A stretch of DNA of 64,000 nt from Alphaproteobacteria bacterium (GCA_963667785.2 CAXXMU010000005.1:288001-352000); one strand, 5' to 3'. Shown: positions 9,841 through 20,065, counted from the first letter of the stretch. Notes: generated from the letters alone by a model not told the origin. Program-made: numbers and translations.

Positions 9841-10014
9841 TCAGTCGCGCTCCCGCACTGGGGCAGTTGCACTCTGCTTGACGAGCTCTATGCCATGCAG
9901 ACAGTCCGCGCGGTTTATGTATCCCTCGCCGGAAGTGGCGATCGTTTCGTGGTTCCCGGCTTTCAGGGTCCACCGCCATTCGCCTCTGACATCCTTGTAG
10001 ACTTCGAAATACAT
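9841..10014 (-). CDS. YegP/DUF1508 family protein
   Basis: MYFEVYKDVRGEWRWTLKAGNHETIATSGEGY..C..GIELVK signature; AAGGAG RBS. Confidence 0.88.
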   Translation of the reverse strand: MYFEVYKDVRGEWRWTLKAGNHETIATSGEGYINRADCLHGIELVKQSATAPVRERD

Positions 10015-10247
10015 GGAAGCTCCTTTCATGATTGAGATCGTGGTGAACGGTATTCGGTACTAAAGAGTTCTCCTTCACCTACCCCTTCAACGGTAAGAAG
10101 TGGTGCGGTGGGGTATACGTAAGGACCTGGGAGGAGGCCGAGGCCAAGATAAAGGCCACGGGCTGGGGAAGGGCCGACGGAGAACATATCGCCTCGCCCC
10201 CCGCGTCGGTCGGGCCATGGATTCCTCCGTTGGTGTGGCTGCGAAAT

Positions 10248-10775
10248 CTACTTGTTTTCGTCTTCGTCACCGGCGGTGCCAGGAGAAACAGGCTGAGCGG
10301 CGACAAGGGCCGCTGCATCAGGGGGAGAAGAAGATGCGGAGTGACTGGCCAATGGGTCTGGGGTTGTTTCTTGTTTTTGCTCTTCCTGTTGGGGTAGCGT
10401 TGTTGATTCGCTTCCTGGGGTAGGTTTCTCCAAAGAAGGTGTCTCGTCCTTTTTCGTCGCTCCGCGATCGGCGAACCAGTAGGTCACGATTGTCGTGGCG
10501 ACTGCCAAAGTCGCCAGATAAATGTCTTTGGCTTCCTGGAACATGGCCGATGTTGTTGTGGTCGCCCCATTGGGTAGCCTAATCTCCGTCTGGCCATCGA
10601 ACAGAGCCGTGGTGATTAGCAAGAGTCCACCTGAGACTATGTATAGCCCCGCGCCGTAAGTCACTGCGACGCGCACCATGCTTCTCCGCCCCTTGATTCG
10701 AGCGTCAATCGTCCCGAGGGGCCTTTGGTCTTCGCTAAAGCGGCCCACGAAAGTCCTCCACAACCATCCGAGCAT
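10248..10775 (-). CDS. Hypothetical membrane protein (2 TM segments)
   Basis: Two hydrophobic stretches, IVTYWF motif, polar tail. Confidence 0.6.
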   Translation of the reverse strand: MLGWLWRTFVGRFSEDQRPLGTIDARIKGRRSMVRVAVTYGAGLYIVSGGLLLITTALFDGQTEIRLPNGATTTTSAMFQEAKDIYLATLAVATTIVTYWFADRGATKKDETPSLEKPTPGSESTTLPQQEEQKQETTPDPLASHSASSSPPDAAALVAAQPVSPGTAGDEDENK

Positions 10776-10819
10776 TCTTGACACTTCTCCTACTATACTA
10801 GATGTAGAATTGAGGCACA

Positions 10820-10848
10820 CATATAATATATGTAGGTGGTTGTGTCAA
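10820..10848 (-). promoter_or_regulatory. Possible sigma70 promoter for the 10775 gene
   Basis: Minus-strand TTGACA followed 16-17 nt later by TTATAT/TATATG in an AT-rich patch. Confidence 0.35.
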
Positions 10849-10971
10849 ATGGCAGGGTTGTTCAAGGCTGTAATCGGCCACCCCAGGCATCTCCGGTATG
10901 GGGGTTGACAGCCACAGCACCCCTCCGCTAGGCGTGTAGTCCAGCAGCACATCTAGTACAGTGAGGAGAAA

Positions 10972-11184
10972 ATGGCTCGTCTTTATGTCAACAGAAACAA
11001 ATACGATGGGCATCATGAGGTGCATCGCACCTACGCGACTTTCCCTAGGCACGCCAATCCTGAGAATCGCCGTGATCTAGGCGAGCGCCTACGATGTCAA
11101 TCGGCTCTCACCGCAGCTAGGAGCGCCGGATACTGTCCAGTCGATGGCTGTTATTTCTGCGTGAACGATTGTCATACGCGATGA
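10972..11184 (+). CDS. Small Cys/His-rich hypothetical protein
   Basis: YVN..HEVH..N.RDLG..C..A..GCYFC..CHT pattern; GAGGAG RBS. Confidence 0.7.
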   Translation: MARLYVNRNKYDGHHEVHRTYATFPRHANPENRRDLGERLRCQSALTAARSAGYCPVDGCYFCVNDCHTR

Positions 11185-11246
11185 AAGCGCTACCAGCCGC
11201 CGCCACCATCTTCACTTAGCCGAGTTTGACCGAATTACCCAGCCTT

Positions 11247-11259
11247 CTACATAATTGCC
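11247..11259 (-). mobile_element. Orphan IS1595-type terminal repeat
   Basis: Minus strand GGCAATTATGTAG aligns with the GGGGATTATGTAG ends at 7504 and 9472. Confidence 0.5.
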
Positions 11260-11341
11260 CCCCCAATATCGAGCAAGCGCCGACCGACAGGCCGGCGACG
11301 AAGAGGGTCATCCCGGTTGCCAACATCCGACCGATCGCCAT
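11260..11341 (-). pseudogene. Lipoprotein 5' fragment truncated at the IS end
   Basis: AAAGGAGAGGGA RBS then MAIGRMLATGMTLFVAGLSVGAC-SILGG running directly into the IS-type end. Confidence 0.5.
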
Positions 11342-11976
11342 TCCCTCTCCTTTCGTTCACTCTAGCCAGGAGCACGCGGTACGATCGCTCTAGCCGCAGG
11401 GGACAGAGCGGGTCGACATGATCGAGTGCAGGTCGACCGGGTGAGCCTTCCACCATCAGCAAGCCTCCCCCCAGCGAGCTCTTCCTGTCTGTCGACAGTA
11501 ACCGCCGGAGCGGGCTGACGTTCTTTCGCAGCCGTGTAGCCGATCGGATGACGGGGTTGCGGATCTACCGGAAGGACCGAAGCTACCGCCGCCGGGCCGG
11601 CCGCACCGCTCGGGCGGCGGCCATCGGGGGTCCGGCCCCGCCGACGCCTGCCTCGCAACCCTACCGCAGCACCACCGTTCGACGCCACCCTTTTGAGGCC
11701 GGTTCACGCCCTCTGCACGGCTTGTATCTTTCCGCTTCTTCGGCCGTTCCCGCCCTCCGCGCCGCCGCGATTCCTCGCGACTTCTGCGCGGCGTATTTCC
11801 CCGCCCCTCAGCGCTTCCCCGCGGTGACCGCCAGAGCGGCGCGTCGATTGCGGACAGGCACGTTCAGCCCATCAGTGTTGGGGCGTTCGATATAGAGAGG
11901 GCATTGCGCTTCACGGGCGCCCTGTTGCCATAGCGCAGCCACGGGTCGTTCGGGCGACCGCGCCTTGCAGACCCGC

Positions 11977-12486
11977 TCAAGGCCTGTGCCACGCACAGGT
12001 TCCCCTCGAAACAAGCCAGTTCTCCGGCAGATAGCTCGTCGTGTAGGGGCAGTCACCGGTGACACCGGCATAGGCGCCCGTGCCCCCCACGATCCGCTGG
12101 CTCCCTTGACCGCCGCCGCCGGCCTCCAGATCGCCCGCGCGCCGCTCCGCCAGCAAGTACAACTCGTCGCCGGTGGAAGCGACCATGACGCAGGGCACCT
12201 CCAGATCGATCCCGGTTTCCGACTTCCTGGCGTACACCACGCACGTCATAGTGTAGTTCTCTCCTTTCGCGAACAGACCCCCGCTGCTCTCGATGATGGT
12301 GCCCGTGCCGCGCAGGGAACCGCCGGTAATCTCCCGCCCCGCATGCTTCAGCGTGGTGTAGTCGTGGACATGGGTCTCAAGGAGCTCGAAGCTGCCGTTT
12401 TCGCCGGCGGCGGCCGCTTGCACGGCGAAAACGATGCACAGCGCGCCAACGAATGCGGGCAGGAATCTGCTACACCGTATCTTCAT
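11977..12486 (-). CDS. Secreted protein, dirigent/allene-oxide-cyclase-like beta-barrel candidate
   Basis: Signal peptide (..AVQAAAA); IVGGTGAYAGVTG motif; GGAGG RBS. Confidence 0.65.
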   Translation of the reverse strand: MKIRCSRFLPAFVGALCIVFAVQAAAAGENGSFELLETHVHDYTTLKHAGREITGGSLRGTGTIIESSGGLFAKGENYTMTCVVYARKSETGIDLEVPCVMVASTGDELYLLAERRAGDLEAGGGGQGSQRIVGGTGAYAGVTGDCPYTTSYLPENWLVSRGTCAWHRP

Positions 12487-12672
12487 TCCTTCCTCCAGCT
12501 CCTGCGCCCGCGATGCCCGTGGGCGTTCAGGGCTCGCGCAGCGTAGGTCGCACGGTATGCCGCGCACAAGCGCGATCGAGGTGATCGGCCGCTGCAGGGC
12601 AAAGCGACTCGGTCGCGATGGCGGCTCGACCGCCGTCCTGCGTGATCGTCGCCTAATCCAATGCCGCGGGGC

Positions 12673-13515
12673 CTACTGCTGCCGGCGTCCGCCGAAGGCA
12701 CCCGCGATACCGGCCCGCTCGAAGATGCCTCCTACCTCTTCCTGGCCAGGCCCGAAGAAGCGGCCCTCTATCGTATCGTCGACCGCGTCATGACGGGCGA
12801 AGCCCCCGTCCGCAACCGCCATGCCGGTCCAGGCCATGTCTTCGTAGGCAGCGCCCGTGCGCGCGTTGGCGAGGTCCGTGAACGTGACGTCCGTCAGCAT
12901 CCCGGATTGCCGCATCTCGACAGAAATCTCCGCGTCGCCCTGCACGACGGCCTCAAGGCTGGCCGCGGTTCCGGAATCCCGTCCAACGACGAACCCGCGC
13001 CAGTGCGCGCCCCCATCGGTCACCGCCGGGTTCTCGCCCGTGCTGTGGCCGAGGACGTACGAGTAGAAGACGGTTGCGCCGTAGTTCGGGTTCGTCTCGT
13101 CGGTGAACAGGTTGGCCTGCGAAGCGAAGAAGCTGTGCTCCATCCAGCCGCCGAACACTGTCACGTCGGTCTCATCGGAGCTGCTGCGCTCCACGACCAG
13201 CCGCACGCAGTTCCTGCCGGTCGACACCTCGAGCTCCACGTCCGCGGCACTGAAGCTGTCGGCAGAGAAAGGACGACGAAACCCAAGAGAACAACTCGCA
13301 TCACGGCATACGGTGGGCACGCGCTCTGCCGTCGTCGCCCCGGCGCGGTATCCCAGCGCGTCTCCGAAGAGAATGACGTTCGCGTCCCCGGCGATCCTGG
13401 CGTAGTCATCCCGCGCGATCTCCTCCACGGTTGGAGGAACGTTGTCGCTGTTGCGCAGGCATCCCGACAGCGCGACCAGGGCAAGCGCCACGACTGCCGT
13501 CGATAGCGTCCTCAT
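12673..13515 (-). CDS. Lipoprotein with TbpB-like C-terminal beta-barrel
   Basis: Lipobox LSGC; AHWRG..VG, IEGRFFGPGQEEVGGIF..GAFGG. Confidence 0.75.
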   Translation of the reverse strand: MRTLSTAVVALALVALSGCLRNSDNVPPTVEEIARDDYARIAGDANVILFGDALGYRAGATTAERVPTVCRDASCSLGFRRPFSADSFSAADVELEVSTGRNCVRLVVERSSSDETDVTVFGGWMEHSFFASQANLFTDETNPNYGATVFYSYVLGHSTGENPAVTDGGAHWRGFVVGRDSGTAASLEAVVQGDAEISVEMRQSGMLTDVTFTDLANARTGAAYEDMAWTGMAVADGGFARHDAVDDTIEGRFFGPGQEEVGGIFERAGIAGAFGGRRQQ

Positions 13516-13692
13516 TCGCCGTTCTCCCTCATGGTTTGACAGCGGCCGCACAGGCCCGGACAGTACCGCCTTGACGCCACCGGGTCCATGAGCCTCCGGA
13601 AGGGACGCTCCCGGCAAGTCCGTCGTGGCGGTGAGCCGAGACCCACCGGCCCGCCACGGCCGGTGGGTGCGCATGGGGGAGACCGGTCGAAC

Positions 13693-14937
13693 ATGACGAG
13701 TGCCGTTCGCCGACACTTCGGCAAGAGTTCCATGGCCATGCTGGCAGCGGCCTGCATGGCGCTGTTCGGAGCGGTCGCTACGGCGGATTCTCCGGCTCAG
13801 CTGAAGATCGGGCTGCTGATGGATCTGAGCAGAGGATCCCCCGAGGTACACGAGGGCAGGAAGCGGGGGTTCGACCTCGCGATATCACATGTCAACGGGG
13901 CCGGCGGCGTATTCGGACGGCCGGTGGCGACCGCTGTCGGGGACACGCGAGCGGATCCGGTCACCGCAGTCGCGGAGGCGCGCCGCCTCGTCGAAGAGGA
14001 AGGCGTGCACGCCGTCGTGGGTCCGAGCACCAGCGCGAGCGCGCTGTCGGTGGCCGCGCAGGTGACCGGTCCTGCCGGGATCCCCACCGTGAGCAACTCG
14101 GCGACCTCGCCTAGGCTGAGCCGGGCCGACGACGGGGATTTCCTGTTCAGGACCACCTACTCCGACATCCGGCAGGGTCCCGTCCTGGCCCGGGTCGCGC
14201 GCGAGCGCGGCTTCGACAACGTGGGCCTGCTTTACCGGGACGACGCCTGGGGGCGGGGCCTTGCCGGCGCCTTCGCGGCCGCGTGGGAGGGCGAGCTCGT
14301 GAGCGTCGCCACCGGGAGCGGGCAGACCAACTTCATGGCGGACCTGCGCGAGTCCGCGAGCCAGGGTGCGCAGGCTCTCGTGGTGATCACCTTCGAGACG
14401 GAGGCGGAGTTCATCGTCCGCCAGGCGCTCGACAGCAGCCTCTACGACCGCTTCGTGTTCGGCGACGCCGCCAAGCGGCTGAGCCTGGTCTGCGCCATCG
14501 GCGGCGACCGCCTCGGCGGGATGTACGGCACCGGTCCCGCCGCTCTCGGGAACACGGCCTCCGGGGCCGCGTGGGAGGCGGCGCATGTCGCCGAGTACGG
14601 CGCGTTGCCGGCGGCGACCTACGTCAGGGAGGCCTACGACGCCACGGTGGCCCTGGCGTTGGCTGCGCAGGCCGCCGGCAGCATCGACGGCGCCGCGATC
14701 CGCGACCGCCTTCGGGAAATCGGCGCCCCTCCGGGCGCCGCAGCCATCGCCGGGGCCAAAGGCATTGCCGGGGCACTGCGGGTTCTCCGCCAGGGAGGCG
14801 ACATCGACTACGAGGGAGCGGCCTCGGACATGGACTGGGACGAGAACGGCGACCTTCGCCGCGGCCGCCTCGGCATCTGGCGCTTCACCGCGGACGGGCG
14901 GATCGAGGAAGTGGAGACCGTCGTCTACGACCGCTGA
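13693..14937 (+). CDS. ABC transporter substrate-binding protein, branched-chain amino acid (Peripla_BP_6) type
   Basis: LKIGLL, GGVFGR, VVGPSTS, ATSPRLS..DFLFRT, AYDA, IDYEGA..DENGD. Confidence 0.88.
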   Translation: MTSAVRRHFGKSSMAMLAAACMALFGAVATADSPAQLKIGLLMDLSRGSPEVHEGRKRGFDLAISHVNGAGGVFGRPVATAVGDTRADPVTAVAEARRLVEEEGVHAVVGPSTSASALSVAAQVTGPAGIPTVSNSATSPRLSRADDGDFLFRTTYSDIRQGPVLARVARERGFDNVGLLYRDDAWGRGLAGAFAAAWEGELVSVATGSGQTNFMADLRESASQGAQALVVITFETEAEFIVRQALDSSLYDRFVFGDAAKRLSLVCAIGGDRLGGMYGTGPAALGNTASGAAWEAAHVAEYGALPAATYVREAYDATVALALAAQAAGSIDGAAIRDRLREIGAPPGAAAIAGAKGIAGALRVLRQGGDIDYEGAASDMDWDENGDLRRGRLGIWRFTADGRIEEVETVVYDR

Positions 14938-15503
14938 CGCATCCAGAGTCGACCGCCGCGACACACACGACACAATTCTGCCGAGGCGGCTCCCGCCAGG
15001 AGCACGGACAGTCCCGTGCGATTTCGCAACCCCTTCGTGACACCGGCCCCGGTCGCGACGCGGTGGCCGTTGCGGCGGCCGCGACTGCGTGCGGCATTTC
15101 GTCGAAGAATAGCGGATTGAAGACCGCGGAAGGCTCGGGTGTGACCAACGCGCCGAAAGGCGTCCAGATCGCGCCTCCTGACCGTTCAAACCGTCGGGCG
15201 ATGAAAGCCGTTTTACAATCGGCGTTTAGCCCGAGCGGCGCTTGAGCGGCAGCGCCCGCCGCGCACTTGCGGGGACAGTCCCCGAACCGCCGCGCGGCTA
15301 TCGGTGCGGTCATGCGATCACCACCGCGCCCGCGATGCGTGCCGGTCGTCCGCAACCGGGCTTGCAGCATGCACAGGGCCGCTGCATCGTGACCGGTACA
15401 TGAGCCGAGCGGAGAGACATGCTTCGATGAACGCCGCGTCATCATCCTCGCGCACGACCTGTCGGTGTCACCGGCTCGGGTGTTCGTCGTCGCGGTCGGC
15501 GCG

Positions 15504-18344
15504 ATGACGCCCGGCGCGTTCATCGCCAAGTGGCGAGCGTCCGAGTTGAAGGAACGCTCGGCGTCGCAGGAGCACTTCATCGACCTGTGCCGGCTGCTCG
15601 GCGAGCCTACACCGGCGGAAGCCGACCCGGCGGGCGAGCGGTACTGCTTCGAGCGCGGCGCGCGGAAGGACACCGGCGGCGACGGCTGGGCCGACGTGTG
15701 GAAGCGCGGCTGCTTCGCCTGGGAGTACAAGGGCCGCCGCGCCGACCTCGACGCGGCGTTCAACCAGTTGCGGCAGTACGCGCTCGCGCTGGAGAACCCG
15801 CCGCTGCTGATCGTCTCGGACATGGCGCGGTTTCGCATCCGCACCAACTGGACGAACAGCGTGAGCGTGACGCACGAGTTCACGCTCGACGATCTCGCCG
15901 ACGGCGCGACCCGCGACAAGCTCAAGTGGGCGATGTCGGAGCCGGAACGGCTGCGGCCCGGCGAAACGCGGCAGACGGTGACCGAGCGCGCGGCGGCGAC
16001 CTTCGCGGAGCTTGCCCAAGGCTTGCGGGACCGGGACCACGATCCGCAGGCGGTGGCGCACTTCGTCAACCGTCTGGTGTTCTGCATGTTTGCCGAGGAT
16101 GTGGGCCTGCTGCCCGGCAATATGTTTGCCCGGATGCTGGAACGCACACGGGGCGACCCCGAGAAATTCGCGGACTACGCCTCGCGGCTGTTCGGCGCGA
16201 TGGCCACGGGCGGTGATGTCGGGTTCGAGCCGGTGGCATGGTTCAACGGCGGGCTGTTCGACGACGACACGGCATTGCCGCTCGACCGGGAGGGGATCGA
16301 GACGGCGCTCAAGGCGGCGGTGCTCGACTGGTCGGAGATCGACCCGTCGATCTTGGGCACGCTGTTCGAGCGCGGCCTCGACCCGGACAAGCGTTCGCAA
16401 CTCGGGGCGCACTACACCGACCGCGACAAGATCATGCGGATCGTCGATCCGGTGATCGTCCGTCCGCTGCTTGCCGAATGGAAGACGGCGAAGGCCGAGA
16501 TCGCGGCCACGGTCGAGCGTGCCGACGCCGCCGGCTCGCCCGCAGCGCAGACGCGGCTGCGGCGGCAGGCGGATCGGGCGCTGCGCGCCTTCCTCGAACG
16601 GCTTCGGGGATTTACCGTGCTCGATCCGGCCTGCGGGTCGGGGAACTTCCTCTATCTCGCGCTGCACGCCCTCAAGGACATCGAGCACCGGGTCCAGCTC
16701 GAGGCGGAAACGCTGGGTCTCGCTCGCGGGTTCCCGGCGGTCGGTCCGGCGAACGTTAAGGGCATCGAGATCAACGCCTACGCGGCGGAGCTTGCCCGCG
16801 TGTCGGTATGGATCGGGGAAATCCAGTGGATGCGGCGCAACGGGTTCAGCAACTCGACCGATCCGATTCTCGATCCGCTCGACACCATCGAATGCCGCGA
16901 TGCGATCCTCGCGCCGGACGATGGCGAACCGGACTGGCCGCAAGCCGATGTCGTGATCGGCAACCCGCCGTTCCTGGGAGACCGGGTAATGCGGGGCGGT
17001 CTGGGCCACGAATACACCGAGCGCCTGCGTCGGACCTACAAGGGTTCCGTTCCCGGTTCCGCCGATCTGGTCTGCTATTGGTTCGCCAAGGCCGGGACCT
17101 TGGTGGCCAAGGGCAGCACCGCCCGCGCTGGCCTCGTCGCCACAAACTCCATACGTGGCGGCAACAACCGGCCCGTCCTCGACCGAATCGTCGCCGACTG
17201 CTCTATTTTCGACGCATGGTCGGACGAACCCTGGGTGATCGACGGCGCGGCGGTGCGGGTGTCGCTGGTGTGTTTCGGCCCGCGCGACACGGGCCTTCCC
17301 ATCTCATTGAACGGCGAACCAGCGCCCCATATCCACGCTGACCTTACCGAAGATGGCATCGACCTGACACGAGTCACCCGGCTGGATCGCAACCGCGCGG
17401 TTGCGTTCCTTGGGGTCTACAAGAACGGCCCGTTCGATATTCCGGGCGATCTCGCGCGGGAGTGGCTTCGGCTTCCGGCCAATCCGAACGGTCGTCCGAA
17501 CTCCGACGTTCTCAAGCCGAGGTTCAACGGCATGGACTTGACCCGGCGTCCTGCGGGCAACTGGATCGTCGATTTCGGCGAGGACATGGGCGAGGGCGAG
17601 GCGACATTCTACGAAGCCCCGTTCGCGCACGTCGTCGAGCATGTGAAGCCGGTGCGCCTCGGGAGGCGACGGGAAAGGCACCGCAGATATTGGTGGCGAC
17701 ACGGCGAAACCCGTCCGGGCATGTGGCGCGCGCTCGACGGCCTGCCTCGCTTCATCGCGACCCCGACGGTTTCCAAGCATCGCCTGTTCGTCTGGCTCGA
17801 TGCGGGCGTGTGTCCCGATCACCAGTTGATCGTCATCGCCCGCGACGACGACACGATATTCGGCATCCTGCACAGCCGGTTTCATGAGGCATGGTCGCTG
17901 CGGCTCGGCACCAGCCTTGAGGACCGGCCGCGCTACACGCCGACCACCACCTTCGAGACCTTCCCCTTCCCGGAGGGCCTGTCGCCGGACATCCCCGCCG
18001 CCGAATACGCCGAGGACTCGCGCGCCATCGCCATCGCCGATGCCGCCCGGCGGCTGGTGGACCTGCGCGACCGCTGGCTCAATCCGCCTGAATGGGTGGA
18101 GTGGCTGGACGAACCGGCGCCGGGCTATCCTAAGCGAGCGGTCGCGCGCGGCACGGCGGCCGCGAAGGAACTCAAGGCGCGTACGCTGACCGCTCTCTAC
18201 AATGCCCGACCGCAATGGCTCGCTCAGGCTCACGACGCTCTGGACGCGGCGGTCGCGGCGGCCTACGGGTGGGATGCGGGACTTTCCGACGAGGAAGCGT
18301 TGGAGGAGCTAATTGCCATCAATGCCGAGGCGCATGAATCTTAA
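15504..18344 (+). CDS. MmeI-like type IIL restriction-modification enzyme (nuclease, m6A MTase and specificity domain)
   Basis: N-terminal AD..EYK nuclease motif, FNGGLF, ILGTLFER..GAHYT, DPACGSGNFL, GNPPF, C-terminal RYTPTTTFETFPFP and AHDALDAAVAAAYGW. Confidence 0.92.
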   Translation: MTPGAFIAKWRASELKERSASQEHFIDLCRLLGEPTPAEADPAGERYCFERGARKDTGGDGWADVWKRGCFAWEYKGRRADLDAAFNQLRQYALALENPPLLIVSDMARFRIRTNWTNSVSVTHEFTLDDLADGATRDKLKWAMSEPERLRPGETRQTVTERAAATFAELAQGLRDRDHDPQAVAHFVNRLVFCMFAEDVGLLPGNMFARMLERTRGDPEKFADYASRLFGAMATGGDVGFEPVAWFNGGLFDDDTALPLDREGIETALKAAVLDWSEIDPSILGTLFERGLDPDKRSQLGAHYTDRDKIMRIVDPVIVRPLLAEWKTAKAEIAATVERADAAGSPAAQTRLRRQADRALRAFLERLRGFTVLDPACGSGNFLYLALHALKDIEHRVQLEAETLGLARGFPAVGPANVKGIEINAYAAELARVSVWIGEIQWMRRNGFSNSTDPILDPLDTIECRDAILAPDDGEPDWPQADVVIGNPPFLGDRVMRGGLGHEYTERLRRTYKGSVPGSADLVCYWFAKAGTLVAKGSTARAGLVATNSIRGGNNRPVLDRIVADCSIFDAWSDEPWVIDGAAVRVSLVCFGPRDTGLPISLNGEPAPHIHADLTEDGIDLTRVTRLDRNRAVAFLGVYKNGPFDIPGDLAREWLRLPANPNGRPNSDVLKPRFNGMDLTRRPAGNWIVDFGEDMGEGEATFYEAPFAHVVEHVKPVRLGRRRERHRRYWWRHGETRPGMWRALDGLPRFIATPTVSKHRLFVWLDAGVCPDHQLIVIARDDDTIFGILHSRFHEAWSLRLGTSLEDRPRYTPTTTFETFPFPEGLSPDIPAAEYAEDSRAIAIADAARRLVDLRDRWLNPPEWVEWLDEPAPGYPKRAVARGTAAAKELKARTLTALYNARPQWLAQAHDALDAAVAAAYGWDAGLSDEEALEELIAINAEAHES

Positions 18345-19141
18345 TGGACTTCCAGGGTATCAACGCCCGGATCGATCGTGCCGACAGACAAATTGAGACG
18401 CTCGGTGCTGACATTGACGAGTTATGCTCGGGCATCAGGCGGTCAATCGTTCACGAGATCGATAGAGACGCCGGCGAGCAGCGATGGATTTACCGCGGCG
18501 CGACGCCTGCAATTCCAATTGAATGGGCGATTCGATCTGGGGAGATTTTCTATAACTTGCGATCGGCTCTGGACTACATTGTGTGGCAGCTCGTTCTCGC
18601 TAACGAAGAAAAACCAACACGAGACACCCAATTCCCGATCTTGGATAAAGAAGCAGACTGGACGAATTTGAAGACTGAACGTAGTCTAAGGGGCGTTGCA
18701 AGAAAACACAAGATGGCAATTCGCTTCTTGCAGCCGTTCAACCCGTTTCTTCAACTGTCAGTAAATGGTGAGATCCGCCCTTTCAACGCCAAAGTGTTTC
18801 GGACACTGCACAAGCTTTGCAACGTGGATAAACACAGACACCTAAATCTGATCCTGACCTGGGCATACGGGATTGAACGGATTGCCTTCGGAGTGAACCA
18901 TCCCCCGCTCCGCTGTTCCTCTGTGCCACTAGAGGGAAAAGGGGAAAGAGGACCAATTAAACAAGACATGGTCTTGCTCGCCACCAATGATATCGAGCAA
19001 GAAATGATCCCGCGGTTTGTTATTGACGTAAAATTTGGCGAAACTGAACCATATACTCTGACAAGAGTGTCGGTTGTAGAGCAACTACGCGAGTGTCTTG
19101 AAGCAGTTCAAGGCGGTTGCGCATTGTTTCGGAAGGCATAG
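18344..19141 (+). CDS. Hypothetical protein (LRSALD / FPI / NxDKHR motifs), coupled to the R-M gene
   Basis: 265-aa lower-GC ORF; TAATG overlap with the upstream stop. Confidence 0.78.
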   Translation: MDFQGINARIDRADRQIETLGADIDELCSGIRRSIVHEIDRDAGEQRWIYRGATPAIPIEWAIRSGEIFYNLRSALDYIVWQLVLANEEKPTRDTQFPILDKEADWTNLKTERSLRGVARKHKMAIRFLQPFNPFLQLSVNGEIRPFNAKVFRTLHKLCNVDKHRHLNLILTWAYGIERIAFGVNHPPLRCSSVPLEGKGERGPIKQDMVLLATNDIEQEMIPRFVIDVKFGETEPYTLTRVSVVEQLRECLEAVQGGCALFRKA

Positions 19142-19254
19142 CACGCGATGTTTAGTCGCAATGCCAACGAGCGTATGGCTGCCTTCGGTTTCTTCTTGAT
19201 CGGGTGAAAGAGTGTTGCTGTGGAGGTTCCGACCTTAGGGACTGGAAAGGAGAA

Positions 19255-19449
19255 TAGAGGCTCTGATGGCTGTCTCGTCAAGAGCGATACAGGAATGCCC
19301 TGCCACTTTTCGGCTTGGAGGAGGGTGCGGTTGACGCCACCGGAGCGAGTGATGCGTTCAGCGCCGGGTTTGTCCCGTCCCTGTTCGGCGATACGAGGCT
19401 CTCTGAAGCGGGGCGTTCGTTGGTCGGGTGGTGCGGACAGCTCGCTTGA
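19255..19449 (+). pseudogene. PfkB-family kinase C-terminal remnant
   Basis: RGSDGCLV in one frame, then AVDATGASDAFSAGFV (PfkB signature-2-like) in the frame starting 19321. Confidence 0.4.
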
Positions 19450-19687
19450 GTGAAGACACTCCTGGCGAGCTTCGGGAGTATGCCGCCGTTCGTCTCACTG
19501 AGGAGGGGCGGCGGCGTGGCCTTGTGATCCATGGCACGAGCGGTGGAGGTTGTCGCCTGAGCAGCGGCAACGTTGCGAACGAGTAGGTCGCGGGCTGCAT
19601 AGAGTTCACCAGAAGGCGGAACGCCGGATCAGCGAACAGTCGACGGTAGCGTGCCGCTGCGCACCTCCCTGTGATCCGGTACTGGGA

Positions 19688-20065
19688 CAGCTCTCGGGCG
19701 GGATGCGGCAGCGTGTGGCCCTTGCGCGCGAGCTGGCGAACGATCCAAAGGTCTTGCTGATGGACGAGCCTCTCGGCGCGCTCGACAGCCAAACGCGGCA
19801 GCTGATGCAGGAACTTCTTTTGGAGGTCTGGGAGCGCGACCACAAGACCGTGCTGTTCATCACGCACGACATCGAAGAGGCGATCTTCCTGGCGGACATC
19901 GTCCACGTGATGACTGCGCGTCCCGGGAGCATCAAGTACTCGCTGCCGATCGACATATCCCGGCCGCGGGGCGCGGACACCCTGACCTCCGCCGTGTTCA
20001 ACCGCTACAAGCGAGAGATCATGGCGCTGATGCGCGACGAGGCCGTGCAGGCCGCTTCGGGCTGA
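19688..20065 (+). pseudogene. ABC ATPase C-terminal half (TauB/SsuB-like)
   Basis: [34 protein letters not shown] present; Walker A absent. Confidence 0.82.

Noticed and set aside
14885-18233. Long minus-strand ORFs (420, 513 and 309 aa)
   Set aside because: Shadows of the MmeI-like gene, expected in high-GC DNA
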